Positions 18,128 to 28,852 of a DNA stretch of 61,074 nucleotides are shown piece after piece (within the stretch, counting starts at the first letter, position 1; every line of letters starts with the position of its first letter). The translations under genes were made by a program, and so were the position numbers. Origin of the DNA: an uncultured Eubacteriales bacterium (GTDB taxonomy: Bacteria > Bacillota > Clostridia > Christensenellales > UBA1242); assembly GCA_900552105.1 (NCBI GenBank), contig URYH01000003.1, forward strand, positions 1 to 61,074, given 5' to 3'. The notes beneath the pieces were generated by a model, which made no database searches, was not told the origin of the DNA, and worked only from the letters and a program-made list of their open reading frames with translations.

Positions 18128-19903
18128 ATGAAAAAACTTACAACACATGAACTAAAAAGACTTTGGCTTGAATTTTGGACAAGCAAGGGCTACAAAACAA
18201 TTCCAAGCGCATCAGTCGTTCCAGAAAATGATGCGACCGTTCTTTTCACAACTGCTGGGATGCACCCACTCGTCCCATATCTTTTGGGCGAAAAACACCC
18301 GATGGGTGACAAACTTTGCGACTATCAAGCGTGCATCAGAACAAATGACATTGACGATGTTGGCGACCCTTCACACTGCACATTCTTTGAAATGCTTGGC
18401 AATTGGACTTTGGGTGAATGCGACAAACATGAAATGATAAAAAACAGTTTTGCTTTTCTCACCGAAAAACTTGGCATCCCAAAAGACAGACTTGCTGTAT
18501 CAGTATATGCAGGCGATGAAAACGCACCTCGCGACACTGAGGCACATGATGCTTGGGTTGAAGCAGGACTTGATGACACACAAGTGTTTTATCTTCCAAA
18601 AGAAAACAACTGGTGGGCACTTGGTGGTGGCACAGGCCCTTGTGGACCAGACTCTGAAATGTTTTTCGACACAGGAAAACCAAAGTGCTGCGACACTTGC
18701 TCCCCTGCTTGCGATTGCGGAAAATATCTTGAAATTTGGAACGATGTTTTCATGCAATACTATGTCAAAGAGGCGGGTCAACCTGTTGAAAAACTTGCTC
18801 GACCAAACATTGACACTGGAATGGGTCTTGAACGCACTGTTTGTGTTCTCAACGGAGTTGAATCTGTTTATGACACAGGAATTTTCAAAGATGTCATTGA
18901 TTATCTTTCAAAATTTGCAAATGCCCCATATGTTGAAGAAAACATCAAAAAATCCTATCGTGTTATTTGCGACCACATCAGAGCATCAGTATTTATTCTT
19001 TCAAGTGGCATAAAACCTGCTCCTGTGGGACAAGGATATGTTCTTCGCCGTCTCATTCGAAGAAGTGTTAATCATGCAAGAAAAATTGCGATTGAAAAAC
19101 AACAAATTCTTGAAGTTGCAAAAATATATGTGAACGAATATCAAGAATACTATCCTGAAATCAAAGAAAAACAAGATTTAATTTTGAAAGAACTTGACGA
19201 AGAAATCGAAAAATTTTCAAAAACCATTCAACTCGGACAAAAAGAGTTTGAAAAAGTCGCATTCTATAGCAAAGACAAAACAATAAATGGGAAAACTGCT
19301 TTCCGACTTTATGACACATTTGGTTTTCCTTTGGAACTTACTATTGAAATGGCAAAAGAAATCGGTTATAATGTTGATGAAGAAGGATACCACAAAGCAT
19401 TTCTTGAACACCAAGAAAAATCAAGAACTGCTGCCGCGGGAACATTCAAAGGTGGACTCAGTGACACATCTGACAACACTGCTCGACTCCACACCGCGAC
19501 CCACCTGCTTCTTGCAGGACTTCAAACATTGTTTGACGAAAACATTGTTCAAAAAGGCTCAAACATAACTCCTGAAAGACTTCGTTTTGACTTTAATTTC
19601 CCTCGCAAAATGCTTCCAGAAGAACTCAAACAACTTGAAGATTTTGTCAATGATGCAATCAAAAAAGAAATTGATGTCACTTGCGAAGAAATGACACTTG
19701 ACCAAGCACGTGCAAGTGGAGCAAAAGGAATTTTTGCAAACAAGTATGGAGACAAAGTCAAAGTGTATACAATCGGGAATGTAAGCAAAGAAATTTGTGG
19801 TGGCCCACACGCAAACAACACTCGCGAACTCAAATCGTTCAAAATCATCAAAGAAGAAAGCAGTTCAAGCGGAGTTAGACGCATCAAGGCTGTAATCGGT
19901 TAA
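18128..19903 (+). CDS. alaS: Alanine--tRNA ligase, compact form (catalytic and editing domains, no C-Ala domain)
   Basis: FFEMLGNW, DTGMGLER, and the editing motifs HTATHLL and CGGPH. The protein ends about 25 aa after CGGPH (592 aa). Confidence 0.85.
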   Translation: MKKLTTHELKRLWLEFWTSKGYKTIPSASVVPENDATVLFTTAGMHPLVPYLLGEKHPMGDKLCDYQACIRTNDIDDVGDPSHCTFFEMLGNWTLGECDKHEMIKNSFAFLTEKLGIPKDRLAVSVYAGDENAPRDTEAHDAWVEAGLDDTQVFYLPKENNWWALGGGTGPCGPDSEMFFDTGKPKCCDTCSPACDCGKYLEIWNDVFMQYYVKEAGQPVEKLARPNIDTGMGLERTVCVLNGVESVYDTGIFKDVIDYLSKFANAPYVEENIKKSYRVICDHIRASVFILSSGIKPAPVGQGYVLRRLIRRSVNHARKIAIEKQQILEVAKIYVNEYQEYYPEIKEKQDLILKELDEEIEKFSKTIQLGQKEFEKVAFYSKDKTINGKTAFRLYDTFGFPLELTIEMAKEIGYNVDEEGYHKAFLEHQEKSRTAAAGTFKGGLSDTSDNTARLHTATHLLLAGLQTLFDENIVQKGSNITPERLRFDFNFPRKMLPEELKQLEDFVNDAIKKEIDVTCEEMTLDQARASGAKGIFANKYGDKVKVYTIGNVSKEICGGPHANNTRELKSFKIIKEESSSSGVRRIKAVIG

Positions 19904-19912
19904 GGAGGTTTT

Positions 19913-21484
19913 ATGAAGAAAAAAGGAAGAAGCCTGTTGGCATACCTGTTTATTTTGGCAGGCATCGCCCTTGGCGTGTTTGTCGTATGCGTTGCAGTGC
20001 TAGTCCTTGCACCAGGTAAAGCGATTGCCGGATTTGTGTATTCAAAAGTTTCGTCCAATGAAGTTGTCTATGCTCGTTTGACTGAATCAGATTCGCAGAT
20101 TCATGGTGAAGACTACTACTCTCAACACCTTGGCGCACAAACCAAAATGCTTGGCGCTTCCGATGTCCAAAGCCTTGTCATCAACGCCGGTGCACATGAT
20201 GTTGTTGTCAGACAGATGAAGCAAGATCAAAGATTTGAAAATTTCGAACTAGTAAACGCCGTTGATAAATTTGCTTTTGTTATCTCTTCTTATTACTCCG
20301 GAATTTATAAACAATCAGCTTACCCTAATGGGGTTGATTTCAATATTATTTATAACAAAGATCAAAAAACATTAACACTCAATTTCAATACACCAAACGG
20401 CTTGAATTTCAACCGTAGTGGAAATATTATTGTTGACATTCCCGAAGCGTTTTATCATCTTTCAAGCAGCGTAAAACTTGGCACAAACATTGCTAGTTCA
20501 ACAACCGCAACACTCAAAATTGTTTCTGACAAAGGAAGTGTTAATCTTGGAGGTTGGACTGAAACTGGTTCAGAAGTCCGATCATCTTCAATGGCAAATG
20601 TTGATATAACAACAGACAGCGGCAATATTACGCTCAATGAAAACTTTTATGCTTGTGGCGAAACAATGAGTCTCAAAACAAACAAAGGAAAAATAACAAA
20701 CAAAAACACAATCAACCAAACAAACATGGTCTTGAACATTTCATCTGACCGAGGCGAAGTGAATTTTTCTGATAGTCAAGCAGATGTCATTGTCAAAGAA
20801 CTCAACATCTATTCAAGAAGAGCCGACATAAAACTCCACGACGTAAATCTTGGTTCCCCAACGAACGCAATTCAATGGACTGGGGATCGTGGAAGATGTT
20901 TTGCAAACAATGTCAACGGCTCACTTCTCGGACACGAAGATGCAAGCGCAACAAATTTCGACGTAAAATATATCAGTGGTCAGTTCTATCTTCCAAAAGG
21001 AGACACTTGCGATGTCAATATCGAGAAAATTGACGGAAAAGTAAAAATTGTTTCCAGAAACAACAATATTTCAATAAAAAATGCAAGTGCTTCAGTTGAT
21101 ATTCAAACTCAAAAAGGAAGTGTAAAACTTGAAAATTGCACAAACTCAATTGATGTGACTTCAACGCGTGCTCCGGTGACCCTCACAAATTGTTCAGGAG
21201 AAATCAGAGTAAAAACAAACAAAGGGAAAATTTCCGGTTCAATTTCAGACCTTGTCGGAACAAACAATTTTCTCAACACTGACAAATCGGTTATTGACAT
21301 CAAATTCGACCAATACATGAAGTTTAACCTTTCAGCAAGCAGTTCAAAGAGAAATGTGTCAATTAATTATGCTTCAATTTCTGACAGCAAAAATGAATTT
21401 CAAGATGTCCTAATTAATGGTGGCGACCCCGCAAAGAAAATCACACTTTCAGCAAAATATGAAATTTCAATTTCAAATAAATAG
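19913..21484 (+). CDS. Membrane-anchored DUF4097-like beta-strand repeat protein
   Basis: N-terminal TM helix, then repetitive S/T/N-rich beta-strand segments (..SDKGSVNL.., ..TNKGKITN.., ..SDRGEVNF.., ..TQKGSVKL.., ..TNKGKISG..). Confidence 0.65.
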   Translation: MKKKGRSLLAYLFILAGIALGVFVVCVAVLVLAPGKAIAGFVYSKVSSNEVVYARLTESDSQIHGEDYYSQHLGAQTKMLGASDVQSLVINAGAHDVVVRQMKQDQRFENFELVNAVDKFAFVISSYYSGIYKQSAYPNGVDFNIIYNKDQKTLTLNFNTPNGLNFNRSGNIIVDIPEAFYHLSSSVKLGTNIASSTTATLKIVSDKGSVNLGGWTETGSEVRSSSMANVDITTDSGNITLNENFYACGETMSLKTNKGKITNKNTINQTNMVLNISSDRGEVNFSDSQADVIVKELNIYSRRADIKLHDVNLGSPTNAIQWTGDRGRCFANNVNGSLLGHEDASATNFDVKYISGQFYLPKGDTCDVNIEKIDGKVKIVSRNNNISIKNASASVDIQTQKGSVKLENCTNSIDVTSTRAPVTLTNCSGEIRVKTNKGKISGSISDLVGTNNFLNTDKSVIDIKFDQYMKFNLSASSSKRNVSINYASISDSKNEFQDVLINGGDPAKKITLSAKYEISISNK

Positions 21485-21493
21485 GAGATGAAT

Positions 21494-21955
21494 ATGAAAA
21501 GAGAAATTATGTCAACAAAGCGTTATGAAGAAGTTTTGGACTTGCTCGAAAATGACGAAAATGCATTTGAAAAATTGTCAGACAGTGAAGTGATTGAGAT
21601 TTCCAGAGATGGATATGCAATGACAATTGCCGCAGCAACCAACATCAACAACTTGCAATATCTGTCAACACAATTGAAACAAGACAAAGGGTATATGTAT
21701 AATTTGATAAAAGATGTAAACCCACTCGCAATGGTCTATTGCTACAAGTCTTGGTTCAACAACAAACATTTCGTGGAAAATGTTAGAAACGTTGCACTTG
21801 AAGACGCAAAAAGATATAACAGCCATGAACTCGAGAGGTTGTATAATGACTTGATTGACCAACAAGTCATAAAGGCAAAACTGATTCCAGAAACCAAACT
21901 GGTTCAAAGAGCAACAAAAATTCATAAGGCAAAAAACAATAATATGGAAAGATAA
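21494..21955 (+). CDS. Hypothetical protein
   Basis: ORF with SD aggag 6 nt upstream of the second ATG. No family recognised. Confidence 0.5.
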   Translation: MKREIMSTKRYEEVLDLLENDENAFEKLSDSEVIEISRDGYAMTIAAATNINNLQYLSTQLKQDKGYMYNLIKDVNPLAMVYCYKSWFNNKHFVENVRNVALEDAKRYNSHELERLYNDLIDQQVIKAKLIPETKLVQRATKIHKAKNNNMER

Positions 21956-21963
21956 TAATCAAC

Positions 21964-21993
21964 AAAAAAACAACTCAATTCGAGTTGTTTTTA
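21964..21993. terminator. Bidirectional intrinsic terminator
   Basis: Stem caactc/gagttg flanked by an A-run and a T-run. Confidence 0.65.
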
Positions 21994-22006
21994 TTTTTAT
22001 TAAACA

Positions 22007-23404
22007 TTAAATTTTAATTTTGTTTGCAATGTAGTTTTCGAGGTCGCAAATTTTGATTCTTTCTTGCTCCATTGTGTCACGGTCTCTCACGGTCACCGCT
22101 CCATCTTCCAAAGTGTCAAAGTCAATCGTCACGCACATTGGAGTTCCAATTTCGTCTTGACGGCGATATCTTTTTCCAATTGAGCCCGCTTCGTCATAGG
22201 TGCATGAAAACTTTTTGATAAGTGTTGAATAAATTTCGTCTGCTTTTTCTGAAAGTTTTTTGGATAGTGGCAAAATTGCAACTTTGTATGGTGCAAGGTG
22301 TGGTGCAAGTTTGAGAACAACACGGGTGTCGCCTTCGCCCACAACTTCTTCGTGATATGCATTGCACATTGTCGCGAGAAACATTCTGTCAACGCCAAGA
22401 GACGGTTCAACAACATAAGGCACATATTTTTGATTTGTGACAGGGTCAAGATACATGAGTTCTTCTTTTGCTTCTTTTGCGTGTTGATTGAGATCATAAT
22501 CTGTTCTGTCCGCAACGCCCCAAAGTTCGCCCCAACCAAATGGGAACAAGAACTCAAAATCTGTTGTTGCTTTTGAATAGAAGCAAAGTTCTTCTGGCGA
22601 GTGGTCACGAAGTCTCAAATTACTTTCATCAATTCCTGCGTCAAGAAGCCATTGTTTGCAAAAGCTTCTCCAATAATCAAACCATTCAAGGTCAGTTCCT
22701 GGTTCGCAGAAAAATTCAAGTTCCATTTGTTCAAATTCACGCATTCTGAAAATGAAATTACCCGGTGTGATTTCGTTTCTGAATGATTTTCCGATTTGTC
22801 CAACTCCCATTGGCATTTTGCTTCTTGTTGTTCTCAAAATGTTTTTGAAATTAACAAATATGCCTTGTGCGGTTTCTGGACGAAGATAAATTGTGTTTGT
22901 GCTTTCTTCTGTCACGCCCATAAACGTTTTGAACATGAGATTAAATTTTCTGATTGGTGTAAAATCACTTTTACCGCAGTGTGGGCATTTGATGTGATTA
23001 TCAGCAATAAACTTTTCCATTTTTGCGTTATCTGTTTCCCAGCCCGCAATATCAATGTCGAGTTTGTTGTCTGCAACATAATCTTCAATCAACTTGTCCG
23101 CACGATATCTTGTTTTGCAAGATTTGCAGTCCATCAAAGGATCAGAAAAGCCACCAAGATGACCTGACGCTTTCCAGACTCTTGGATTCATAAGAATTGC
23201 GCTATCAAGTCCAACATTATATTTGTTTTCTGTGACAAATCTTTGCCACCAAAATTTTTTTATGTTGTTTTTTAGTTCCACACCCAAAGGACCATAGTCC
23301 CATGAGTTTGCGAGTCCATCATATATTTCACTCCCCGCATAAATAAAGCCTCTGCCTTTGCAAAGTGCAATAAGTTTGTCCATTGTCAAATATTCTTTTT
23401 CCAT
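22007..23404 (-). CDS. glyQS: Glycine--tRNA ligase (alpha2 type)
   Basis: Full-length class II GlyRS pattern ([32 protein letters not shown]). Confidence 0.95.
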   Translation of the reverse strand: MEKEYLTMDKLIALCKGRGFIYAGSEIYDGLANSWDYGPLGVELKNNIKKFWWQRFVTENKYNVGLDSAILMNPRVWKASGHLGGFSDPLMDCKSCKTRYRADKLIEDYVADNKLDIDIAGWETDNAKMEKFIADNHIKCPHCGKSDFTPIRKFNLMFKTFMGVTEESTNTIYLRPETAQGIFVNFKNILRTTRSKMPMGVGQIGKSFRNEITPGNFIFRMREFEQMELEFFCEPGTDLEWFDYWRSFCKQWLLDAGIDESNLRLRDHSPEELCFYSKATTDFEFLFPFGWGELWGVADRTDYDLNQHAKEAKEELMYLDPVTNQKYVPYVVEPSLGVDRMFLATMCNAYHEEVVGEGDTRVVLKLAPHLAPYKVAILPLSKKLSEKADEIYSTLIKKFSCTYDEAGSIGKRYRRQDEIGTPMCVTIDFDTLEDGAVTVRDRDTMEQERIKICDLENYIANKIKI

Positions 23405-23412
23405 ATTTTCTC

Positions 23413-24990
23413 CTATTTCATGCTCTCAACATATTCAGAATATGTCATGAGTTTGTCAACAACTGTGTTTTCGTCAACAATATCAATAATTCTGTTGGCT
23501 GTTGTTTCAATAATTTCTTGGTCGTGCGTCGCAAAAAGCATTCCACCCTTAAAGTTTATCATGCCCTTGTTTAGCGCCGTGATTGATTCCAAATCCAAGT
23601 GATTTGTCGGCTCATCAAACAAAAGAAAGTTCCCACTCAAAAGCATTGCTCGTGAGAACATACAGCGCACTTTTTCGCCGCCTGAAAGAACTTCAACAGG
23701 TTTTAGTGCTTCCTCGCCACTAAACAACATTCTGCCAAGCCAGCCGCGAATAAATGTGATGTCTTGTTCTTTTGAGAATTGTCTGAGCCAATCAACAATC
23801 GAAAGCTTGCAACCTTCAAAATACTTTCTGTTGTCTTGTGGAAGATAAACCGGTTTTATTGTCTTCCCCCAACGGAATGAACCACTATCCGCTTCTTCCA
23901 GCCCCATAAGGATATCAAACAACATTGTGACCGTGAGCGAATTTGAGCAAAGTATGGCGATTTTTTCGTCTTTTCCAACAGTAAAAGACAAATCATTGAA
24001 ATATCCTTTTTTTGTCAAGTGGTCAACTTGCAAAATTTCTTTTCCAATTTCTGTTTCAAACTTGAAGTCAATAAAAGGATATTTTCTTGAACTTGGTTTG
24101 AAATCGTCAATCGTGAGTTTTTCAAGTTCTTTCTTTCTCGAAGTTGCTTGCTTGCTTTTTGATGCGTTGGCAGAAAATCTTGCAATAAACTCTTTGAGTT
24201 CTTTCGCACGTTGCTCCGCCTTTTTGTTTTGGTCTTTGAGTTGCCTTGCCATGAGTTGGCTGGTTTCATACCAAAAATCATAGTTTCCAAGATACATATT
24301 GATTGCACCATAATCAACATCGCAAATATGAGTGCAAACTTTATTCAAAAAGTGACGGTTGTGCGAAACGATGATAACAGTGTTTTCAAAATCAAGCAAA
24401 AAGTTTTCAAGCCAGCGAACGGTTTTGAAGTCAAGGTTGTTTGTTGGCTCATCAAGAATCAAAATGTCCGGATTTCCAAACAACGCTTGTGCCAAAAGAA
24501 CTTTCACTTTTTGTTTTGGGTCAACTTCTGCCATTTGTTTTTCAAACAAACTCTCATCAATTCCAATGCCCGAAAGTAATGTTCTTGCCTCGCCATCTGC
24601 CTCCCAACCACCAAGGTCGGCATATTCTTGTTCAAGTTCCCCAGCACGAATTCCGTCTTCTTCCGAAAAATCAGGTTTTGAATATAGTGCTTCTTTTTCT
24701 TTTTCGATTTCCATGAGTCTTTTGTGACCCAAAAGCACGGTTTCAATAACCGTTTTGTCATCATAGCGATTTTGGTTTTGCTCAAGCACGCTCATACGCT
24801 CGTTTTTGTCAACAATAACCTCACCTTTGTTTGGTTCAAGCTCGCCAGTCAAAATTTTGAGGAAGGTTGATTTCCCTGCCCCGTTCGCGCCAATAATTCC
24901 ATAACAATTCCCTTTGGTGAATTTGAGATTAACATCTTTGAACAAAACTCGTCCACCAAATTGAAGGGTCACGTTGCTAACTTGTATCAT
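23413..24990 (-). CDS. ABC-F family ATPase (two ABC cassettes, no TM domain)
   Basis: Two Walker A / signature / Walker B sets ([27 protein letters not shown], etc.). Confidence 0.9.
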   Translation of the reverse strand: MIQVSNVTLQFGGRVLFKDVNLKFTKGNCYGIIGANGAGKSTFLKILTGELEPNKGEVIVDKNERMSVLEQNQNRYDDKTVIETVLLGHKRLMEIEKEKEALYSKPDFSEEDGIRAGELEQEYADLGGWEADGEARTLLSGIGIDESLFEKQMAEVDPKQKVKVLLAQALFGNPDILILDEPTNNLDFKTVRWLENFLLDFENTVIIVSHNRHFLNKVCTHICDVDYGAINMYLGNYDFWYETSQLMARQLKDQNKKAEQRAKELKEFIARFSANASKSKQATSRKKELEKLTIDDFKPSSRKYPFIDFKFETEIGKEILQVDHLTKKGYFNDLSFTVGKDEKIAILCSNSLTVTMLFDILMGLEEADSGSFRWGKTIKPVYLPQDNRKYFEGCKLSIVDWLRQFSKEQDITFIRGWLGRMLFSGEEALKPVEVLSGGEKVRCMFSRAMLLSGNFLLFDEPTNHLDLESITALNKGMINFKGGMLFATHDQEIIETTANRIIDIVDENTVVDKLMTYSEYVESMK

Positions 24991-25056
24991 TTTTTCTCCT
25001 TGATATCACTCAAAAAAACAAGTGATGCAATTACATCACTTATTCTAAACTATATT

Positions 25057-26085
25057 TTAATAAAAGGCAACAAGGTCCACGCAAGTTTTTGAAAGGTTTT
25101 TCATTGTTGAGTTGATTAATGTCAAATATTTTTCGTGGTTTTCCTTAATTACTGCGTTTTCCGCATTATTAATTTCAAGTCCCGAAATATTATAGCGGAA
25201 TCTGCCTTCACTCATTTCGCTTTTTATTTTTGCAACTTCACTCTTGTAGTAGTTCAACCATGTTGCAAGAGTCTCAATTTTGCCATCGATTTTTGGCAGA
25301 GTTGCCTCAGCTTTTTCTTGTGCTAATTTATCATAGTCAAGAACAATTGCTCTCACTTTGTCATAATTATCAAATATTGTATCAATGTTTGCTTGAGATT
25401 GTGTGCTGTCGTTGTGTTCATAACAGAAATACATGTAATCACGAGCAAGCAGAATTTTTGCCTCATAAATGGTTTCTTTTATTGCATTTGCTCTTTCAGT
25501 GTTTGTTTTGAATCCTGACGCTTTGCCTGGATAGAACATCGCTTTCGCACATTCATACATTTTTGAGAAAACATCATTCAAAGAACCAATAAGTCCGCGA
25601 TAACTTGACAAAAGTGCTTTGTATTCATCTTTTTCAATAACACCAACTTCATTGCCAACAAGTTCTGAGCATGTCGTCTCAAAATTATGTTTTGAATTTT
25701 TGAAATCAACAATTTCATCTTCATAAGTCTTTAGTTGTTCTTTGTAATCAGTGACTTTGTTTTGTGCGTTTTTGAGTTCTTTCCCTTCAAGTTTTGGATC
25801 ATGCGTGAACTCTACGGATAGTTTTTGAACATCACTTTTTAGGCTTTTGTATATCGTTTGATATTTATCCAACTCTGCAAATTCGCCAGAAATTAATACT
25901 TCATTTGGAATATTATAAGTTATATTTTTCGTTTGGTCATAAAATTCAGAATCGTCAGCCGCTTGAACTTTTGAATCCCAATAATCGTAAACATCGTAGA
26001 AATATTTTTCAGTCTCTTTTGAGCAACCAACAAAAACCATTCCAACACACAACAAAGAAAATATTAATGCGATAAATTTTTTCAT
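25057..26085 (-). CDS. Hypothetical lipoprotein
   Basis: Signal peptide with lipobox (LLCVGMVFVGC|S). The remainder is predicted helical with no recognised family. Confidence 0.6.
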   Translation of the reverse strand: MKKFIALIFSLLCVGMVFVGCSKETEKYFYDVYDYWDSKVQAADDSEFYDQTKNITYNIPNEVLISGEFAELDKYQTIYKSLKSDVQKLSVEFTHDPKLEGKELKNAQNKVTDYKEQLKTYEDEIVDFKNSKHNFETTCSELVGNEVGVIEKDEYKALLSSYRGLIGSLNDVFSKMYECAKAMFYPGKASGFKTNTERANAIKETIYEAKILLARDYMYFCYEHNDSTQSQANIDTIFDNYDKVRAIVLDYDKLAQEKAEATLPKIDGKIETLATWLNYYKSEVAKIKSEMSEGRFRYNISGLEINNAENAVIKENHEKYLTLINSTMKNLSKTCVDLVAFY

Positions 26086-27080
26086 GCTTTCACCTCCAAT
26101 GCAGGATATTCAGCAAATTTTGTTGTATATAATGATTGCATAAAGTTCTTGAATTCGTTATAGGTTGTTTGATTAATCGTTTTCAAAAATTCTGTTTCTC
26201 CAGCGGTCCCAAATGCTTTAATCCAACCATCAAGCCATGACATTGAATTGATTGTGTCAATGTTTTGGATTGTCAAATTTCTGTTGGCGACAAAAAATTC
26301 AATTGCATTGTCTTTTTGTTCAAACATGGTCGTCGCTGCACTTTTTGACAAATCAAAAGCTGGCGCATCAATCAAAACGTTTTCTCCATCAACAAATTTC
26401 TTTTGACATCTGTCAACACAAGCAGAAAGCCTTTTGTTGTTTAGAGATGTTGTAAATTTTGTGAGATAGTTTGAATATGAACTTTCTTCTGTTGATGTCT
26501 GAATAATTTCAGCCAAATAGTTTTCAAATTCTCTCATGCTTTTGAGATAATTTGTGAATTTTTTTGCAAAATTTAAAAAATAATCTGAAATTCGTGAATA
26601 ATCCGTTGTTCCTTCTTTATATGGCATAACTTGGTTTTCGCAATAAGCAACCACTTCACTTTTTGAAGAATCAACATCTTTTTTCAAACTCTCAAGTTTT
26701 TTTATTTTTTTGTTTAGTTTGTTCAAATCTTTAACTTCTGAAAGAGAAAGGAGCAAACGATCAACATTATGATTTGTTGTCTTATTCACAGAAAGTCTTG
26801 CCAAATAGAATGAATTCAAATCTCTAAGCGCACGAGAATCGTTTTTTTGACTATTTTCGCAATTTGCATCAAAAAAATCAAATGCCGACTTGAATTGACC
26901 TTCTGATGTTGAATCGGCACCAACTTCATAGGCAAGAGCATGTGGTTTTGTCACATCGGCATCGGGAAAACCAAATCTGATAACCAAAAAAACAACAGCA
27001 ACAATAATTGAAAGAATAATCAAACATACAAAAATTTTCTTTTTTAGTGAAACTTCTTTTAAAGATTTAAATCTTGACAA
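26082..27080 (-). CDS. Hypothetical membrane-anchored extracytoplasmic protein
   Basis: Single N-terminal TM helix. 4-nt overlap with the downstream lipoprotein gene. Confidence 0.6.
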   Translation of the reverse strand: MSRFKSLKEVSLKKKIFVCLIILSIIVAVVFLVIRFGFPDADVTKPHALAYEVGADSTSEGQFKSAFDFFDANCENSQKNDSRALRDLNSFYLARLSVNKTTNHNVDRLLLSLSEVKDLNKLNKKIKKLESLKKDVDSSKSEVVAYCENQVMPYKEGTTDYSRISDYFLNFAKKFTNYLKSMREFENYLAEIIQTSTEESSYSNYLTKFTTSLNNKRLSACVDRCQKKFVDGENVLIDAPAFDLSKSAATTMFEQKDNAIEFFVANRNLTIQNIDTINSMSWLDGWIKAFGTAGETEFLKTINQTTYNEFKNFMQSLYTTKFAEYPALEVKA

Positions 27081-27102
27081 GCGCCACCTCCATAATTATA
27101 TT

Positions 27103-28551
27103 TTACCACAAATCTTCCATGTTTTCAAGGTCAACTTTCTGCACAGGTTCCAAAACCGGCGCATCTTGTTCTTGAGAACCAGAACTTTGGACATTTTGTC
27201 TTGCAATTTTTGTATAATCTTTGATGTTGACAAATTTCGTATATTCTCCAATCCATTTGAGTTTTACAGTTCCAATTGGACCATTTCTGTGTTTTGCGAT
27301 AATAACTTCGCAAGTGTTCGGTTCGTCTTCATTAACCACATCATTATACATGTCGGGCTTATAAATAAATAGAACAATATCAGCATCTTGCTCAATCGCA
27401 CCACTTTCTCTCAAGTCACTGAGCATTGGTCGATGATCTTTTCTTGATTCAACAGCACGAGAAAGCTGTGACAACAGAATGATTGGAACATCAAGTTCAC
27501 GTGCGGCGATTTTGAGCGAACGTGTGATTTCTGAAATTTCTTGTTGACGATTTTCGGACGAGTTTTTGCTGCTGCCTGTCATGAGTTGAAGATAGTCAAT
27601 CATAACAAGGTCAAGTCCTTTTTCGCGTTTGAGTCTGCGGCATTTTGAAAGTATGTCTGTCGCCTTGTTCATGCTGGAATCGTCAACATAAATTCCAGAT
27701 TCAGCAAGTTCTTTTTTTGCTGCCCAAAGACTCTTCCATTCGTCAACTGAAAGTTCGCCCTTAAGACCTTTTTCCATGCTTACATTTGCGACAGAGAAAA
27801 GTGAACGCTGTGCAATTTGAGTTTTTGGCATTTCAAGAGAAAATACTGCACATTTTTTCTTACCCTTGGTTGCAGCATAGTTGACAATATTCATGGCAAA
27901 AGATGTTTTTCCAACGCCGGGACGCGCTGCGAGCAAAATGAGGTCGGAGTTTTGAAGCCCGTTTGTTATTGCGTCAAAATCTGTGTATCCAGTTGAAATT
28001 CCTTTAAGTGCATTTTTATCTTTTGCAATGAGGTCGAGTTTTTCAATAACTTTGTTGAGAGCATTTTCCATTTGCTCAAGACTTGAAGTGTCTTGTTTTG
28101 ATGCAATGTCAAAAATTTCTTTTTCAGCAAATCCAATTGCATCTTCTGCACTTTCGCTCTCATATGAATTTTCAATAATTTTCTGGCTTGAAGAAATGAG
28201 TTTGCGCAAAACCGAGCAACGCTTTACGATATCCAAATAGTGTTTGAAATTCGCAGCACTTGGGATGATGTTTGTGAGAGTTGTTATGTAATCAATTCCG
28301 CCAACACTTTCAAGCAAGTTGTTTTTTTCAAGTTGGTCGGTGATCGTGACAAAATCAATTGCAACGTTGTTTGAGTAGATTGACATCATTGCGTCAAATA
28401 TTTGTTTGTGTGCTTCAACATAAAAGTCGTTCGCATTAAGTGCCGCCATGACATCAATTGGCACATTTTCATCAATCAAACAACAACCGAGAATGGCTTG
28501 TTCCGCCTCGATTGAATGTGGCATCATTTTTGCGTATGATTTCTTTTCCAT
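27103..28551 (-). CDS. dnaB: Replicative DNA helicase DnaB (B. subtilis DnaC)
   Basis: PHSIEAEQAILG, Walker A ARPGVGKT, LSQLSR. SD gagagga lies upstream of the ATG at 28551. Confidence 0.95.
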   Translation of the reverse strand: MEKKSYAKMMPHSIEAEQAILGCCLIDENVPIDVMAALNANDFYVEAHKQIFDAMMSIYSNNVAIDFVTITDQLEKNNLLESVGGIDYITTLTNIIPSAANFKHYLDIVKRCSVLRKLISSSQKIIENSYESESAEDAIGFAEKEIFDIASKQDTSSLEQMENALNKVIEKLDLIAKDKNALKGISTGYTDFDAITNGLQNSDLILLAARPGVGKTSFAMNIVNYAATKGKKKCAVFSLEMPKTQIAQRSLFSVANVSMEKGLKGELSVDEWKSLWAAKKELAESGIYVDDSSMNKATDILSKCRRLKREKGLDLVMIDYLQLMTGSSKNSSENRQQEISEITRSLKIAARELDVPIILLSQLSRAVESRKDHRPMLSDLRESGAIEQDADIVLFIYKPDMYNDVVNEDEPNTCEVIIAKHRNGPIGTVKLKWIGEYTKFVNIKDYTKIARQNVQSSGSQEQDAPVLEPVQKVDLENMEDLW

Positions 28552-28562
28552 ATTTCCTCTCA

Positions 28563-28835
28563 CTAATCAGCATAAATATCCGGCTTTTTTGTTTCGGACT
28601 CTGCTTGTTTTTCTTTTCTTTTGCTAATTGCAACATAAATTAGTTCAAACACAACACACCAAACAATGAGCGTTGGGATGATGATGATGCAGTTTAGCCA
28701 AACATCAAAGTTGAGCATTGAAACCAAAAATGCCTCGACAAAAGCAATTGGAATGAGAATCAAAAGATATTTTCCAAATCTTTTGAGATCCATTTTATAT
28801 TGTCTCATAACACTTTTGTTTTTTTGCTGTTTCAT
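28563..28835 (-). CDS. Small two-TM membrane protein, hypothetical
   Basis: 90-aa ORF with two hydrophobic segments, packed between typA and dnaB. Confidence 0.5.
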   Translation of the reverse strand: MKQQKNKSVMRQYKMDLKRFGKYLLILIPIAFVEAFLVSMLNFDVWLNCIIIIPTLIVWCVVFELIYVAISKRKEKQAESETKKPDIYAD

Positions 28836-28852
28836 ATCCTCAATATACCATA

